Shown: piece by piece, positions 10,621-20,709 of the stretch
How the letters are laid out: every line of letters starts with the position of its first letter
Position numbering within the stretch: the first letter of the stretch is position 1
DNA from: Nitrospirota bacterium
GTDB taxonomy: Bacteria > Nitrospirota > UBA9217
Assembly (NCBI GenBank): GCA_963754875.1
Contig: CAVWHO010000017.1
Coordinates: forward strand, 1 to 64,000
Direction of reading: 5' to 3'
Length of the DNA stretch: 64,000 nucleotides
Program-made: the position numbers and the translations under genes
The notes under the pieces: generated by a model
The model's database searches: none
What the model was told of the DNA's origin: nothing
What the model saw: only the letters and a program-made list of their open reading frames with translations

Positions 10621-10888
10621 CGCGATCCAACAGGCTTCGAAGTCCGACGCCCGGCTCGCTTCGCTCTTTGACGAAGCGCGGGAGTACGCCCAGATTTACA
10701 TTCTCGCCAAGGAGAGGAAAAAAGGCTGTGAGGGAACAGGGGAACTCATGACCCTGCGCGAGGAATTCCGGGACGCGATCGGGAAGCTCGTGAAATACTG
10801 TGGGGAGAAAGGATATCCCTGCGAACTCACCCCCGATGACCCGGATGCCGCAGCGCGGGCGTTGTCATCATGTGTGATCAAGAGGTGA
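10613..10888 (+). CDS. Hypothetical small helical protein
   Basis: 91 aa ORF overlapping the ferredoxin stop and ending 3 nt before the USP gene. Confidence 0.7.
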   Translation: MIDAIQQASKSDARLASLFDEAREYAQIYILAKERKKGCEGTGELMTLREEFRDAIGKLVKYCGEKGYPCELTPDDPDAAARALSSCVIKR

Positions 10889-10891
10889 CCC

Positions 10892-11785
10892 ATGAAGGTA
10901 CTCCTTGCAACGGACGGTTCCGAGTCGTCGGAGGGCGCGGCCCGCTTTCTTGCGCGGTTCAGATTCACGCCGGCTGACGAGATCACGGTGCTGCACGTGG
11001 TTCCCGGCGTCCCTTTTCGGCACGCGGGAGAGCCCTATTCCGCCGCATTGATGCAGCTCGGTGAGGAAATCGCGCCCGGCATCATTGACGCGACCGCCGG
11101 AATGCTGAAAGGGCTCCGTGCGACCATTTCCACCGCGGTGACCACGGGGCATCCCGCTGACGCCATCCTCGACGTCGCAGCGCAGTCCGGCTCAGACCTC
11201 ATCATTCTGGGACAGAGGGGCAGGAAGGCGGCAGGCCGGCTGCATTTGGGGAGTGTGGCCCGGGCCGTGGCAATCGCTTCTTCCCGGGCGGTTCTGGTCG
11301 TCAAGCCGCCGCGAGAGGAATCCGCCGGTCCGATCAAAACGCTCTTCGCCACCGACGGCTCGGAGTGCACGAGGGAAACGGAGACGCTCTTGCTCAGTCT
11401 ACCCTTCCCGGAGGACGCGGCAATGACAGCGGTGTACGTTTCCCCCTCGACGTACATGGAAGTACCCGACCGGTTCTACCTGGAGCTGGACGAGCAGGTG
11501 AAGAAAATCACGGAGAACTTGAAGAAAGTCGAAATGAAGCACGCCGGGGAGGTGCTGGAGCGTACCCGTGGGACGCTCAAGACCCGGTTTCAGAATGTCA
11601 AAGTTATGATCGAATATGGGGACCCTTCGGAACAGATCCTCCGGGCCGCGAAAGAAACGGGGGCGGACATCATCGCCCTCGGAAGCAGGGGAATGCGGGG
11701 CGTCCGTGGCATGCTCGGGAGCGTTGCCCGGAACGTCCTTGGCCATGCGGAATGCTCGGTGTTGATCTGTAAAGCAAAGCAGTGA
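10892..11785 (+). CDS. Tandem-domain universal stress protein
   Basis: Two USP domains (LLATDGS...GQRG...GSVA; FATDGS...GSRG...GSVA). Confidence 0.92.
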   Translation: MKVLLATDGSESSEGAARFLARFRFTPADEITVLHVVPGVPFRHAGEPYSAALMQLGEEIAPGIIDATAGMLKGLRATISTAVTTGHPADAILDVAAQSGSDLIILGQRGRKAAGRLHLGSVARAVAIASSRAVLVVKPPREESAGPIKTLFATDGSECTRETETLLLSLPFPEDAAMTAVYVSPSTYMEVPDRFYLELDEQVKKITENLKKVEMKHAGEVLERTRGTLKTRFQNVKVMIEYGDPSEQILRAAKETGADIIALGSRGMRGVRGMLGSVARNVLGHAECSVLICKAKQ

Positions 11786-11836
11786 TGATAGAAAGATGGA
11801 ACATTACACTAGCAAACCGGCTCAAAGGAGGCAGCT

Positions 11837-12292
11837 ATGAGGAGAAAAGGCATTATAAGTCTGGTGGTAACAGTGGCAGTGCTTATAACAGCGTCTATAG
11901 CTTTTGCAGGCCCCTGGAAAGGCTGGCGCGGAAGCGGCGGCTGGGGCATGAATGATCCCTACCAGAGGAATTATAACCCCGCCACGGCAGAGACGATATC
12001 AGGCGTCGTGGAAAGCGTGGATAAGGTTACGTCTCTGAGGGGGATGTCCCCCGGTATTCATCTTATGGTGAAGACCGATAAGGAAACCATTTCGGTGGAT
12101 CTCGGTCCGGAATGGTACATCGAACGACTCGATACCAAGATTAAAAAGGGTGACAAGATCGAAGTCAAGGGTTCGAGGGTGACCCTCTCAGGCAGCCCCG
12201 CCATCATTGCGGCCGAGGTCAAAAAGGGCGACAGCACCCTCGTGCTGCGGGACAGTGCTGGGATTCCTGCCTGGGCCGGGTGGCGAAGGTAG
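11837..12292 (+). CDS. Secreted OB-fold-like protein, copy 1
   Basis: Signal peptide ending AFA; WRGSGGWG and LGPEWYIERLDTKI motifs; AAGGAGG RBS; paralog of 22192..22647. Confidence 0.8.
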   Translation: MRRKGIISLVVTVAVLITASIAFAGPWKGWRGSGGWGMNDPYQRNYNPATAETISGVVESVDKVTSLRGMSPGIHLMVKTDKETISVDLGPEWYIERLDTKIKKGDKIEVKGSRVTLSGSPAIIAAEVKKGDSTLVLRDSAGIPAWAGWRR

Positions 12293-12404
12293 AGAGACAG
12301 TGAAAAGAAAAAAGTGATAGGGGCGACCCTGCTCTGAGCCGGGGCAGTGCCCGTCCCTTTGACGTGCAGCCGATAGATTATTTTAAAATTCAAGAGGGAC
12401 AGGC

Positions 12405-12914
12405 ATGAAGCGAGCCGAGCTTTATGAGATGGTCATGAACAATCTTCCCGTGGGGTTCTCCGTGGTGGATCGGGACGGTATCATTCTCGATTTCAATTCC
12501 ACCGCGGAACAGATAACGGGTTATCCTCAGGAAGAGGCGATCGGCCGGTCCCACATGGAGATTCTCCACGCCACGGCCGATGAAAATGCCTGCCCTCTGC
12601 ATAAGCTCACCCTCTGCAAGCACAAACAGGCGGTCGCGACCGAGACGACGATAAAAAAGAAAGGCGCTTATCGACGTATCTGTTACGACAAAACGATCGT
12701 GGAGGCGCACGGCGGAAGAATCTGGGTGGAATGCGCGCCTGGAGAAGGCAGCACCTTCAGGTTTACTTTGCCAATCGAAGAAAAGCGATCCTCAGCAGCG
12801 GGTGACGCCGCAGAAATGCACAATACCGGCGCAGGCGGCGCTCAGGAGATTGACGAACGCGGAAATAATGACGCACGAGATTATCATGGCAGAAAGGTTC
12901 CGGTTGTTTCTTGA
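12405..12914 (+). pseudogene. Internally deleted PAS histidine kinase (PAS fused to the last HATPase segment)
   Basis: N-terminal ~86 aa align to the PAS domain of 21091..22137, then jump to [13 protein letters not shown]...GSTF; H-box, N-box and G1 are absent. Confidence 0.8.
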
Positions 12915-12983
12915 TTACCAGGGTCGCTGACAAAAATCGGCTAAGCAGACAGATATGATTCCTTTGATACGGGGAATAGAACC

Positions 12984-13877
12984 ATGCTTGTCCACTTGCT
13001 TGAAAAATTCGATTCCGAGCAGTTCGACTCCCTGGCGGTCAATCTTCAGGGGATACTGTACGGCCATTTTAGAAGAATCGGCCAGTTTCATAAAGCGCTC
13101 GTAACGAGATCGCCTGTTCAGGACTATGATTACGAGGAAAACGATTCCTCTCGGGTCTGTAACTTCGGACAGTGGCAGAATTCCCAGGCGGCCCCGGAAA
13201 TAAGGCAGAATAAGGAATTTATCGAACTGGGGAATATCCACGAAGATCTGCACGCTGCAATGCGGGATCTGTTAAGAAAAGCCTGGAATGACGGTCCGGT
13301 CACTGCCGCTGATTACGATATTTTTTTGAAAACGTATAACAGCTTTACGGATAAACTTACAGGGCTCATAAATGATATCAATTTTGCTCAGTACCAGTTT
13401 GATCCTTTGACCAATCTTCTGAACCGGCGTGCCTTTAGAAAAATATTGGAGTACGAGTTCAGTCTGCTGCAGAGAAATAAGCGGCGATGTACGGTTGCCA
13501 TGGCGGATATCGATTATTTCAAGAACATCAACGATGCATACGGTCATCCCAGCGGCGACGCAGTCTTAAAGAGCCTGGCTGACCTGTTTCTCAAACAATT
13601 GAGAGGGTACGATACGGTCGGCAGACACGGAGGCGAGGAGTTTATTTTTTGTCTTCCCGGCACGGCACTCGTAACCGCAAAGAGAACCATGGATAGGTTG
13701 AGGAAGAAAGTGGAACAGACGGGCATACCGTTGATTGATGGAAATGTAATCCATGTGACGCTTTCCATCGGTATGGCTGAATTAAAGGCGAAAGACGCTA
13801 TTGACGAAACGCTGCGCCATGTTGACGAGGCCCTCTACAAAGCAAAAGAAAAGGGCAGAAACCGTATAGAAGTCTAA
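12984..13877 (+). CDS. CZB (zinc-binding) plus GGDEF diguanylate cyclase, DgcZ-like
   Basis: CZB ligands GH...CNFGQW...HEDLH; DPLTNLLNRR; RGYD I-site; GGEEF. Confidence 0.88.
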   Translation: MLVHLLEKFDSEQFDSLAVNLQGILYGHFRRIGQFHKALVTRSPVQDYDYEENDSSRVCNFGQWQNSQAAPEIRQNKEFIELGNIHEDLHAAMRDLLRKAWNDGPVTAADYDIFLKTYNSFTDKLTGLINDINFAQYQFDPLTNLLNRRAFRKILEYEFSLLQRNKRRCTVAMADIDYFKNINDAYGHPSGDAVLKSLADLFLKQLRGYDTVGRHGGEEFIFCLPGTALVTAKRTMDRLRKKVEQTGIPLIDGNVIHVTLSIGMAELKAKDAIDETLRHVDEALYKAKEKGRNRIEV

Positions 13878-13924
13878 ACGATGCGTTCTTTGCCGGCATG
13901 ACAACGAGAGAAGAGAGGGGGAAA

Positions 13925-15085
13925 ATGAAAAAAGTTCTGGCAGTCTTTGTGGCCCTCTTCGTGAGCATGTTCGTATCCGTTGTTTTTGCCGCGGACGAAG
14001 AACCTTCGTTTGTCAGGGGAAACATAGAAATGTACGGTGTTGCGAAACTTTCGGTAGATTTCATCAACACGGGAGCACACGCGCCGGCGGACACGAAACT
14101 CTATAAAATTTCCTCCAACTCTTCGCGTTTCGGCCTCAAGGGTTCCGAAGACTTGGGAGACGGCCTGAGCGCAATAGTCCAGGTAGAACTTGGCATCAAC
14201 ATGGATGGGACAACGTCGAGCGTCGTGTCCTCGGTCACAACGTCAGGCGGATCAGTGACGAGCACAAAAACAACGGATGAAAATACCATATCTTTTCGAA
14301 ACACGTTTGCCGGTCTGCGTTCAGAAAGGTGGGGTACATTGCTTTTAGGAACGTACGACACGCCATACAAGATATCGACCGGCAAGTTGGACCCCTTTTT
14401 AGAGACAATGGGCGATTACAATTCCATCATATCGAGCGTCGACGGCAAGGTAAATTTCGATCTGCGGTTCAAGGACACGGTCGTTTACCTATCGCCTGCA
14501 TGGAGCGGGTTGCAGCTCATGGCTTCGACGAGTACGTCGGGTATGGAAGCAAGCAACGGCGCAACAGGCAATCCCAGCGCGTACTCTGCCTCGGCTGCAT
14601 ATACTGCCGGACTTCTTTACGCTTCGCTGGCATACGAAATCCACAGGAACGGTTTTACCGATGGGGATAAATCAGGGAAAATGAAGAACACTGGTGCAAA
14701 GGCGGGTTTAGGCTTTACCGCAGGAGATACCCAATTCGGCCTTGTATATGAATCACTCAAGGACGGCACGGCTGATTCAGCGAATAGCCGCGATGCCTAT
14801 TATCTTGCTGTGAGCCATACCTTTGGCAAGGAAACGATTAAGCTCGCCTACGGTTTTGCCGCAGATGGCAAAGATCCGTCCACAAAAACCGGTGCGACCC
14901 TGGCAGTAATCGGTGCAGACCATGCCTTTTCCAGGCGGACCACTGTTTATGCCCTTTACGCGGCTGTGAAGAATGATGCGGACGCCACTTACGGCATCGG
15001 CACAGGTGGCGCAGGCGGCGCTTATGTACCCGGGGCTGGTGAAGACCCGTCGGTATTTTCCGTAGGGCTTAATCACAGTTTTTGA
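13925..15085 (+). CDS. Gram-negative general porin
   Basis: Signal peptide; SNSSRFGLKGSEDLGDGL; C-terminal VGLNHSF. Confidence 0.9.
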   Translation: MKKVLAVFVALFVSMFVSVVFAADEEPSFVRGNIEMYGVAKLSVDFINTGAHAPADTKLYKISSNSSRFGLKGSEDLGDGLSAIVQVELGINMDGTTSSVVSSVTTSGGSVTSTKTTDENTISFRNTFAGLRSERWGTLLLGTYDTPYKISTGKLDPFLETMGDYNSIISSVDGKVNFDLRFKDTVVYLSPAWSGLQLMASTSTSGMEASNGATGNPSAYSASAAYTAGLLYASLAYEIHRNGFTDGDKSGKMKNTGAKAGLGFTAGDTQFGLVYESLKDGTADSANSRDAYYLAVSHTFGKETIKLAYGFAADGKDPSTKTGATLAVIGADHAFSRRTTVYALYAAVKNDADATYGIGTGGAGGAYVPGAGEDPSVFSVGLNHSF

Positions 15086-15153
15086 TATTCAAGTCGTTCA
15101 TTCTCACCCACACGGGGAGAATCGTATGCAATCGTTCATGAAAGGAGACGACG

Positions 15154-15858
15154 ATGAGTTTGATAGTTGCGGAAAGCGTCAAAAAGGACTACCGGATGGG
15201 TGACGTAACGGTATCGGCATTGAAAGGGTTAAACTTCGAGATCGAGCCAGCATCTTTTGTTTCCTTCGTCGGACCTTCGGGGAGCGGGAAGACAACGCTT
15301 CTGAACCTGATCGGGTGCCTCGACAGACCATCAGGCGGCAAGCTCACCGTCGCCGATACGGACACAGCGGCTCTTGACCGGAAAGAGAGCGCGTCCTTCA
15401 GGGGAAACAATATCGGTTTCATCTTCCAGGACTTCAACCTCATCCCCGTGCTCACCGTGTACGAGAACATCGAATACCCGCTGCTGATGGTCCAGAGCAC
15501 GCCTGCTGAAGAAAGAACAAAACGTGTTACCACCCTCCTGCAGGCGGTGGGAATGATTGAGCAGAAGGACAAGTATCCCGATCAGATTTCAGGCGGCCAA
15601 AAACAGCGGGTTGCCGTGGCTCGCGCCTTGGTCACGAACCCGAAGCTCGTGCTCGCCGACGAGCCCACGGCGAATCTCGACCACACAACGGCCTACATGG
15701 TTATCGATCTGATGAAGAAGATGCGGGACGAGTTCAGGACGACGTTTATCTTCTCGACCCATGACCAGAAGATCGTGGGAGAGGCCGAGATCATTTATAC
15801 GCTTGAGGACGGCGAACTGAAGGGCAGGCAGCTGAAGGGAGGGAAGAACAATGGGTAA
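15154..15858 (+). CDS. ABC transporter ATP-binding protein (LolD/MacB-like)
   Basis: GPSGSGKT, ISGGQKQRV, LADEPTANLD. Confidence 0.93.
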   Translation: MSLIVAESVKKDYRMGDVTVSALKGLNFEIEPASFVSFVGPSGSGKTTLLNLIGCLDRPSGGKLTVADTDTAALDRKESASFRGNNIGFIFQDFNLIPVLTVYENIEYPLLMVQSTPAEERTKRVTTLLQAVGMIEQKDKYPDQISGGQKQRVAVARALVTNPKLVLADEPTANLDHTTAYMVIDLMKKMRDEFRTTFIFSTHDQKIVGEAEIIYTLEDGELKGRQLKGGKNNG

Positions 15859-17089
15859 CCTCTTCAAGATAGCGGTCAGGAACCTCCTTCGATACAAGCG
15901 GCGAACGCTGCTCACCGCCTCGCTCATCACCATCGGCGTGGTTTTCGTACTCGTGTTCATGTCCGTGTCGGGCTCTTTCAAGAACATGATGATCGGACTG
16001 ATAACCGATTCCATGCTCGGCCACGTGCAGGTGCACCGCAAGGGCTACGTCGCATCCATCGACAACCTGCCCTTGAACCTGAATCTCAAGACGGGCGCCG
16101 TAAAACGGGTCGAGGCAGTCCTGAACGATCTGCCCGGGATCGCGGCCTGGTCGCCGCGCATCAAGTTCGGAGGCATGTTCAGCAACTTCGCGGAGACCAC
16201 AAATATCAGGTTGAACGGCGTCGTCCCCGAAAAGGAGGCCGCCACCGTGCCGCTGCTTATGTCGCGGATCATTGACGGCGAAAAAGAAATAAAGCGGGGC
16301 GAGATCCTTATTCCCGAACTCCTTGCAAAGGGCATGAAAGTGAAAGTCGGAGACATGGTGGTCATCGTGGCCACGAACAAGGACGGCTCCGTGAACGGAA
16401 AACAGTTCAAGGTCGGCGGCATCCTCCAGAGCGTAACCGGCCCCGGCGGCCGCGACGGCTACATCCACTTCGACGATGCCGTGGAGGTCCTGAGGATGGA
16501 AGAGCCGGAGGTGAGCGAATTCGCTATCAGACTGAAAAAGTTCGACCAGCTACACAGCTTCGCGGCGGCGCTGCAGGCCAGGCTCGCGCAGGAGTTGAAC
16601 AAAGACGGCAAGCCTATCTTCGAAGTCCATACCTGGGAGCAGCTCACCCCCTTTTACAATGTGGCCCGCATGATCGACGTCATGACATTTTTCGTGAAGC
16701 TCATGCTTATCGCCATCGTTTTGATCAGCATCATGAACGTGATGATCATGGCCGTCTATGAGCGGATTCGCGAGATCGGCACCATCGCGGCCATCGGGAC
16801 CCTGCCGGGAAAGATCCTGAACATGTTCGTGATCGAGGGGTTCTGTCTCGGAGTTGTGGGTGCGATCATCGGCAATATTGTCGGGATAGCATTGATCATT
16901 ATCCTCAACATGTCCAGGGTCACCTTCAACTTTGGAATGCAGCAGGGCCTGGTCCTTCAGGCAACCATAAAACCAGCCGATCTTTTGATTATCTCGCTGA
17001 CGGTAATAATCGTCTCCGTGATCGCCAGCCTCCAGCCCGCGTTCAAGGCGTCACGGATGGAGCCTATCGAGGCGCTGAGACATGTTTAG
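15851..17089 (+). CDS. ABC permease (LolE/FtsX/MacB family)
   Basis: IAVRNLLRYKRRT; ERIREIGTIAAIG; PAFKASRMEPIEALR. Confidence 0.92.
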   Translation: MGNLFKIAVRNLLRYKRRTLLTASLITIGVVFVLVFMSVSGSFKNMMIGLITDSMLGHVQVHRKGYVASIDNLPLNLNLKTGAVKRVEAVLNDLPGIAAWSPRIKFGGMFSNFAETTNIRLNGVVPEKEAATVPLLMSRIIDGEKEIKRGEILIPELLAKGMKVKVGDMVVIVATNKDGSVNGKQFKVGGILQSVTGPGGRDGYIHFDDAVEVLRMEEPEVSEFAIRLKKFDQLHSFAAALQARLAQELNKDGKPIFEVHTWEQLTPFYNVARMIDVMTFFVKLMLIAIVLISIMNVMIMAVYERIREIGTIAAIGTLPGKILNMFVIEGFCLGVVGAIIGNIVGIALIIILNMSRVTFNFGMQQGLVLQATIKPADLLIISLTVIIVSVIASLQPAFKASRMEPIEALRHV

Positions 17090-17099
17090 GAGAATTGCC

Positions 17100-17828
17100 A
17101 TGCTGAAAATACTGATAGTCATCATAACGGCGCTCTTCACTGTCCCCGCATACGCCGTGGACGGAACGGCGCTCCTGAAGCAGATCGACCGGAACCTGAA
17201 CCCGACATCCTACGAGTCTTACCGGAAGCTCATCAACATCGAGCCCGATGGTAGGAAGAAGGAATACACGCTTTTTACCGTCAAGAAAGGTATCGATAAG
17301 GTCGCGGGGCTTTTCATCGCGCCTGCGAGCGAAAAAGGACGGAGCACGCTCCGGCTCGGGGACAACATGTGGCTCTACATCCCGAACGTTGGAAAGCCCA
17401 TCAGAATCACGAGCCTTCAGTCCGTGGTGGGTGGGGTGTTCAACAACGCCGACATCCTGCAGCTCGATTATGCTGCTGAATATAACGTGGAAAAGGTGGA
17501 GGAGCAGGGGAACGAATACCTTCTTCACCTCAAGGCAAAAACGAAGACCGTTGCCTATGACCGCATCCGGCTGAGGGTCGAGAAGGAGAGAAAGCTTCCG
17601 ACGAAGATCGAATGCCTCACGGAAACCGGCATGCTGATCAAGACGCTCTATTTCAAGGATGTGAAGGACTTCGGCAGCAGAATCATCAGGCCCGCGGTCA
17701 TCGAGACCGACAGCCCGCTCTATAAAAATTACAAGTCAGTCATGATTTTGGCCAAGATCAAGGCGCGGGACTTCAAGGACGAGGTCTTCACGCTCACGTT
17801 CATGCCGAATATCGAATCGCTGAGATAG
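17100..17828 (+). CDS. LolA-like outer membrane lipoprotein-sorting protein
   Basis: Signal peptide; FIAPASEKG and MWLYIP motifs; follows the ABC pair; start after AGGAG. Confidence 0.8.
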   Translation: MLKILIVIITALFTVPAYAVDGTALLKQIDRNLNPTSYESYRKLINIEPDGRKKEYTLFTVKKGIDKVAGLFIAPASEKGRSTLRLGDNMWLYIPNVGKPIRITSLQSVVGGVFNNADILQLDYAAEYNVEKVEEQGNEYLLHLKAKTKTVAYDRIRLRVEKERKLPTKIECLTETGMLIKTLYFKDVKDFGSRIIRPAVIETDSPLYKNYKSVMILAKIKARDFKDEVFTLTFMPNIESLR

Positions 17829-17840
17829 GGCAGAAAATAG

Positions 17841-19175
17841 ATGATAGACGGCAACGGACAGACAAGTAAAAAAATAACGTTGATATCTTGCGCAATCCGT
17901 CTTCTGTACTTTGTGCTCTGTTTTTCGCACTCAGCGTTCGCGGATGAATACACCTTCGACGTATCCGAAACGGAAAAGAGACCTTACCATCTGGGCGGTT
18001 ACGCTGAGATCAAACCTGTCTTCTACGGGTTGGACAGAGACGCTGCTCTCTACAAGCTCAACTTCTACGGCCGTGATGAAGGCGATACCCTTGCCGAATA
18101 CGACGGCACGCTCCAGTTGGAGGGGAGTCTCGAAAAGGGCATCTCGCGGCTTTTTGCGAGGACGAACACGGCTTACCAGAACTCCTATCTAGGCTCTTCA
18201 TCGAACACGACGCTTTATGAAGGTTACCTTTCTCTTAAACCATCGCCCTCTCTCACAATCGATGCAGGGAAAAAAACCTTGAAGTGGGGCAAAGGCTACG
18301 CATGGAACCCCGCGGCATTCATCGACAGACCCAAAGACCCCAACGATCCGGAACTCAACCTTGAAGGCTTCGTTGTGGCTTCGGCGGACTATATCAAAAG
18401 CTTTGATGGGCCGCTTAAAACCCTGTCCATCACTCCCGTCGTAGTTCCCGTGTACGCGCAGGTGAACGAAGACTTCGGCACGATCAACAACGTGAACATC
18501 GCGGGGAAACTTTATCTGCTGTTCTACGACACGGATATAGATTTCATGGCCTTTACAGGTGGGAGCAAGAGTACACGATATGGTGTTGATTTTTCGAGAA
18601 ACATCGTTACTAATTTCGAGGTCCATGGGGAGTTTGCCTGGATCAATGATATTACTGCGAATGTTATCGACAGTTCAGGAAATATGTTTCAAAAAACATA
18701 CGATGCTAAAAGCTATCTCCTCGGACTACGATACCTTACCGAAGTGGATGCCACTTATATCTTCGAATATTATCATAACGGCACCGGCCTGTATGCAGAT
18801 GAGATGAAAGACTATTTCTCATATATAAACGCGGGATATGATTCATTCCTTGCTTCAGGCAACTCCGCACTTTTAAACAAAGCCTCGTCCTTGACCACCG
18901 GCAATTACGGGAAAATGAATCCCATGCGGGATTACTTTTACCTCCGCATCAGTCATAAAGACCCCTTCGATATTCTCTATTGGATGCCTGCGCTGACGTG
19001 GATGGTCAACATCGAGGACAGAAGTTATTCGCTCTCGCCCGAAATCATGTACACGGGGATTACGAACCTTGAACTGCGTCTCAAGGCCATAGTTCTGGGG
19101 GGAAGTCGGTTGAGTGAATTCGGAGAAAAGCAGAACGACTATCGCGTGGAGCTGAGGGGGAGGTATTATTTTTGA
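17841..19175 (+). CDS. Putative outer-membrane beta-barrel protein
   Basis: Signal peptide; GKKTLKWG; alternating aromatic strands; C-terminal RYYF. Confidence 0.75.
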   Translation: MIDGNGQTSKKITLISCAIRLLYFVLCFSHSAFADEYTFDVSETEKRPYHLGGYAEIKPVFYGLDRDAALYKLNFYGRDEGDTLAEYDGTLQLEGSLEKGISRLFARTNTAYQNSYLGSSSNTTLYEGYLSLKPSPSLTIDAGKKTLKWGKGYAWNPAAFIDRPKDPNDPELNLEGFVVASADYIKSFDGPLKTLSITPVVVPVYAQVNEDFGTINNVNIAGKLYLLFYDTDIDFMAFTGGSKSTRYGVDFSRNIVTNFEVHGEFAWINDITANVIDSSGNMFQKTYDAKSYLLGLRYLTEVDATYIFEYYHNGTGLYADEMKDYFSYINAGYDSFLASGNSALLNKASSLTTGNYGKMNPMRDYFYLRISHKDPFDILYWMPALTWMVNIEDRSYSLSPEIMYTGITNLELRLKAIVLGGSRLSEFGEKQNDYRVELRGRYYF

Positions 19176-20329
19176 ACAACAAGCCCACCATAGGGAAGCT
19201 CTTCTTTTCCTTCTTCAAACTCGGTTTGACAGCTTTCGGTGGCCCCGCCATGGTAGCCTATATCAAGGAGATGTCGGTGAGCCGCTACAAATGGCTTGAT
19301 GAGGACACTTTCAAAGACGGAGTTGTGCTCTGCCAGTCCGTCCCCGGCGCAACGGCAATGCAAACGGCTGCATATGTAGGATTCAGGTCAAAAGGAATAC
19401 CGGGCGCATTAGCCTCGTTCGTTGGTTTCGGGCTGCCCGCATTCATCCTCATGCTGTTCCTTTCATCGCTCTATGCAGAATATCATGCAGTACCGAAAAT
19501 TGTCTCACTGTTCAACGGTCTTCAGGTGACCGTAGTCGCCATCGTCCTCAATGCGACGTATTCATTCGGGAAAAACACCTTCAAAGACTTTGGGCCGGTT
19601 GTTATTGCGATAAGCGCCTGTGCCCTACTCTGGGCAGGTACAAGTCCTTTTCTGGTGATCCTGGGGGCCGCTCTCACGGGGATTAGCTTTTTCAAAAATA
19701 CGAGCGGTATGCCCTTGCCTGAGCAGGAAAGAGGAAAAGAGAGGCATTTTGCAAAACACCTCGCCCTGCTTCTCGTGCTTCTCTTCTCAGGTCTGTTTGC
19801 GCTTTACTATGTAGACATAAAGATTTTCAACCTTGCAACATTGATGATGAAGATTGACCTGTTTGCCTTCGGGGGCGGATTTGCATCGCTTCCTCTAATG
19901 CTCCATGAAATAGTCGAAGTTCGAAAGTGGATGGATAACGCCACATTTATGAATGGCATAGCGCTCGGACAGGTGACGCCAGGGCCGATCGTTATCACGT
20001 CGACCTTTGTCGGCTACATAATAAGCGGAACAGCCGGCGCCCTTGTCGCAACCGTCGCAGTGTTTACACCTTCTTTCCTGATGGTGATCGCCGTAACGCC
20101 GGTGATGGACAAATTGAGGACCTCTGCCTATTTCACCAAGGGAACAAAAGGGATACTCGCATCCTTTGTCGGACTCCTTTTCTTTGTCACCGTGAAGTTT
20201 TCGTTTGCGGTACCGTGGGATATGATCAAGGTTTTGCTGGTGTGCGCGGCCTTTTTTGCGCTGTTTAAAAAAGTAGATATTCTGTACGTGGTGCTTGTAA
20301 CCTCAGCTGTTTCATTGTTTATATTCTGA
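19172..20329 (+). CDS. chrA: Long-chain chromate/oxyanion transporter
   Basis: Two CHR domains: KLGLTAFGG...QSVPG and FAFGGG...GQVTPGP. Confidence 0.92.
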   Translation: MNNKPTIGKLFFSFFKLGLTAFGGPAMVAYIKEMSVSRYKWLDEDTFKDGVVLCQSVPGATAMQTAAYVGFRSKGIPGALASFVGFGLPAFILMLFLSSLYAEYHAVPKIVSLFNGLQVTVVAIVLNATYSFGKNTFKDFGPVVIAISACALLWAGTSPFLVILGAALTGISFFKNTSGMPLPEQERGKERHFAKHLALLLVLLFSGLFALYYVDIKIFNLATLMMKIDLFAFGGGFASLPLMLHEIVEVRKWMDNATFMNGIALGQVTPGPIVITSTFVGYIISGTAGALVATVAVFTPSFLMVIAVTPVMDKLRTSAYFTKGTKGILASFVGLLFFVTVKFSFAVPWDMIKVLLVCAAFFALFKKVDILYVVLVTSAVSLFIF

Positions 20330-20519
20330 GAAGTGTAGAGTAAGAGATGCCTGTCAAGATTAATACGATTTTCAGGAATAGTGAAACCGTCGTACTTCGG
20401 CCCACGGCCAAATAATGAAAAAAAGTGCCATACTTTGCATCTGCTGGAAGGTTTCGTGTTTCATTTCGTAACGCGAAACCTCTGGGACACACTGAGTGAA
20501 GATTTATCATGTGCAACCC

Positions 20520-20566
20520 TTGACAAGATCGCATATGTCTGCTATTGATATGTGCATATGCACATA
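20520..20566 (+). promoter_or_regulatory. TTGACA -35 box plus perfect 18-bp palindrome TATGTGCATATGCACATA (operator site 1)
   Basis: TTGACA at 20520-20525; palindrome at 20549-20566. Confidence 0.75.
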
Positions 20567-20709
20567 ATGATTACGACGTATGCAAATCCTCGTCATAGCT
20601 CATTTCCATATGCCCAGCCCGTTTTGTGCAAAAACATCAGCGTGCGATCTCCTCAACTGTCGTCTATGCGCTATCCGTTCACTTCATAAGGAAAGGGTAC
20701 AATGCAGCC

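Noticed and set aside
20415..20430. sigma54 promoter on the minus strand (TGGCAC-N5-TTCA)
   Set aside because: The -12 element lacks the GC and there is no minus-strand gene to drive
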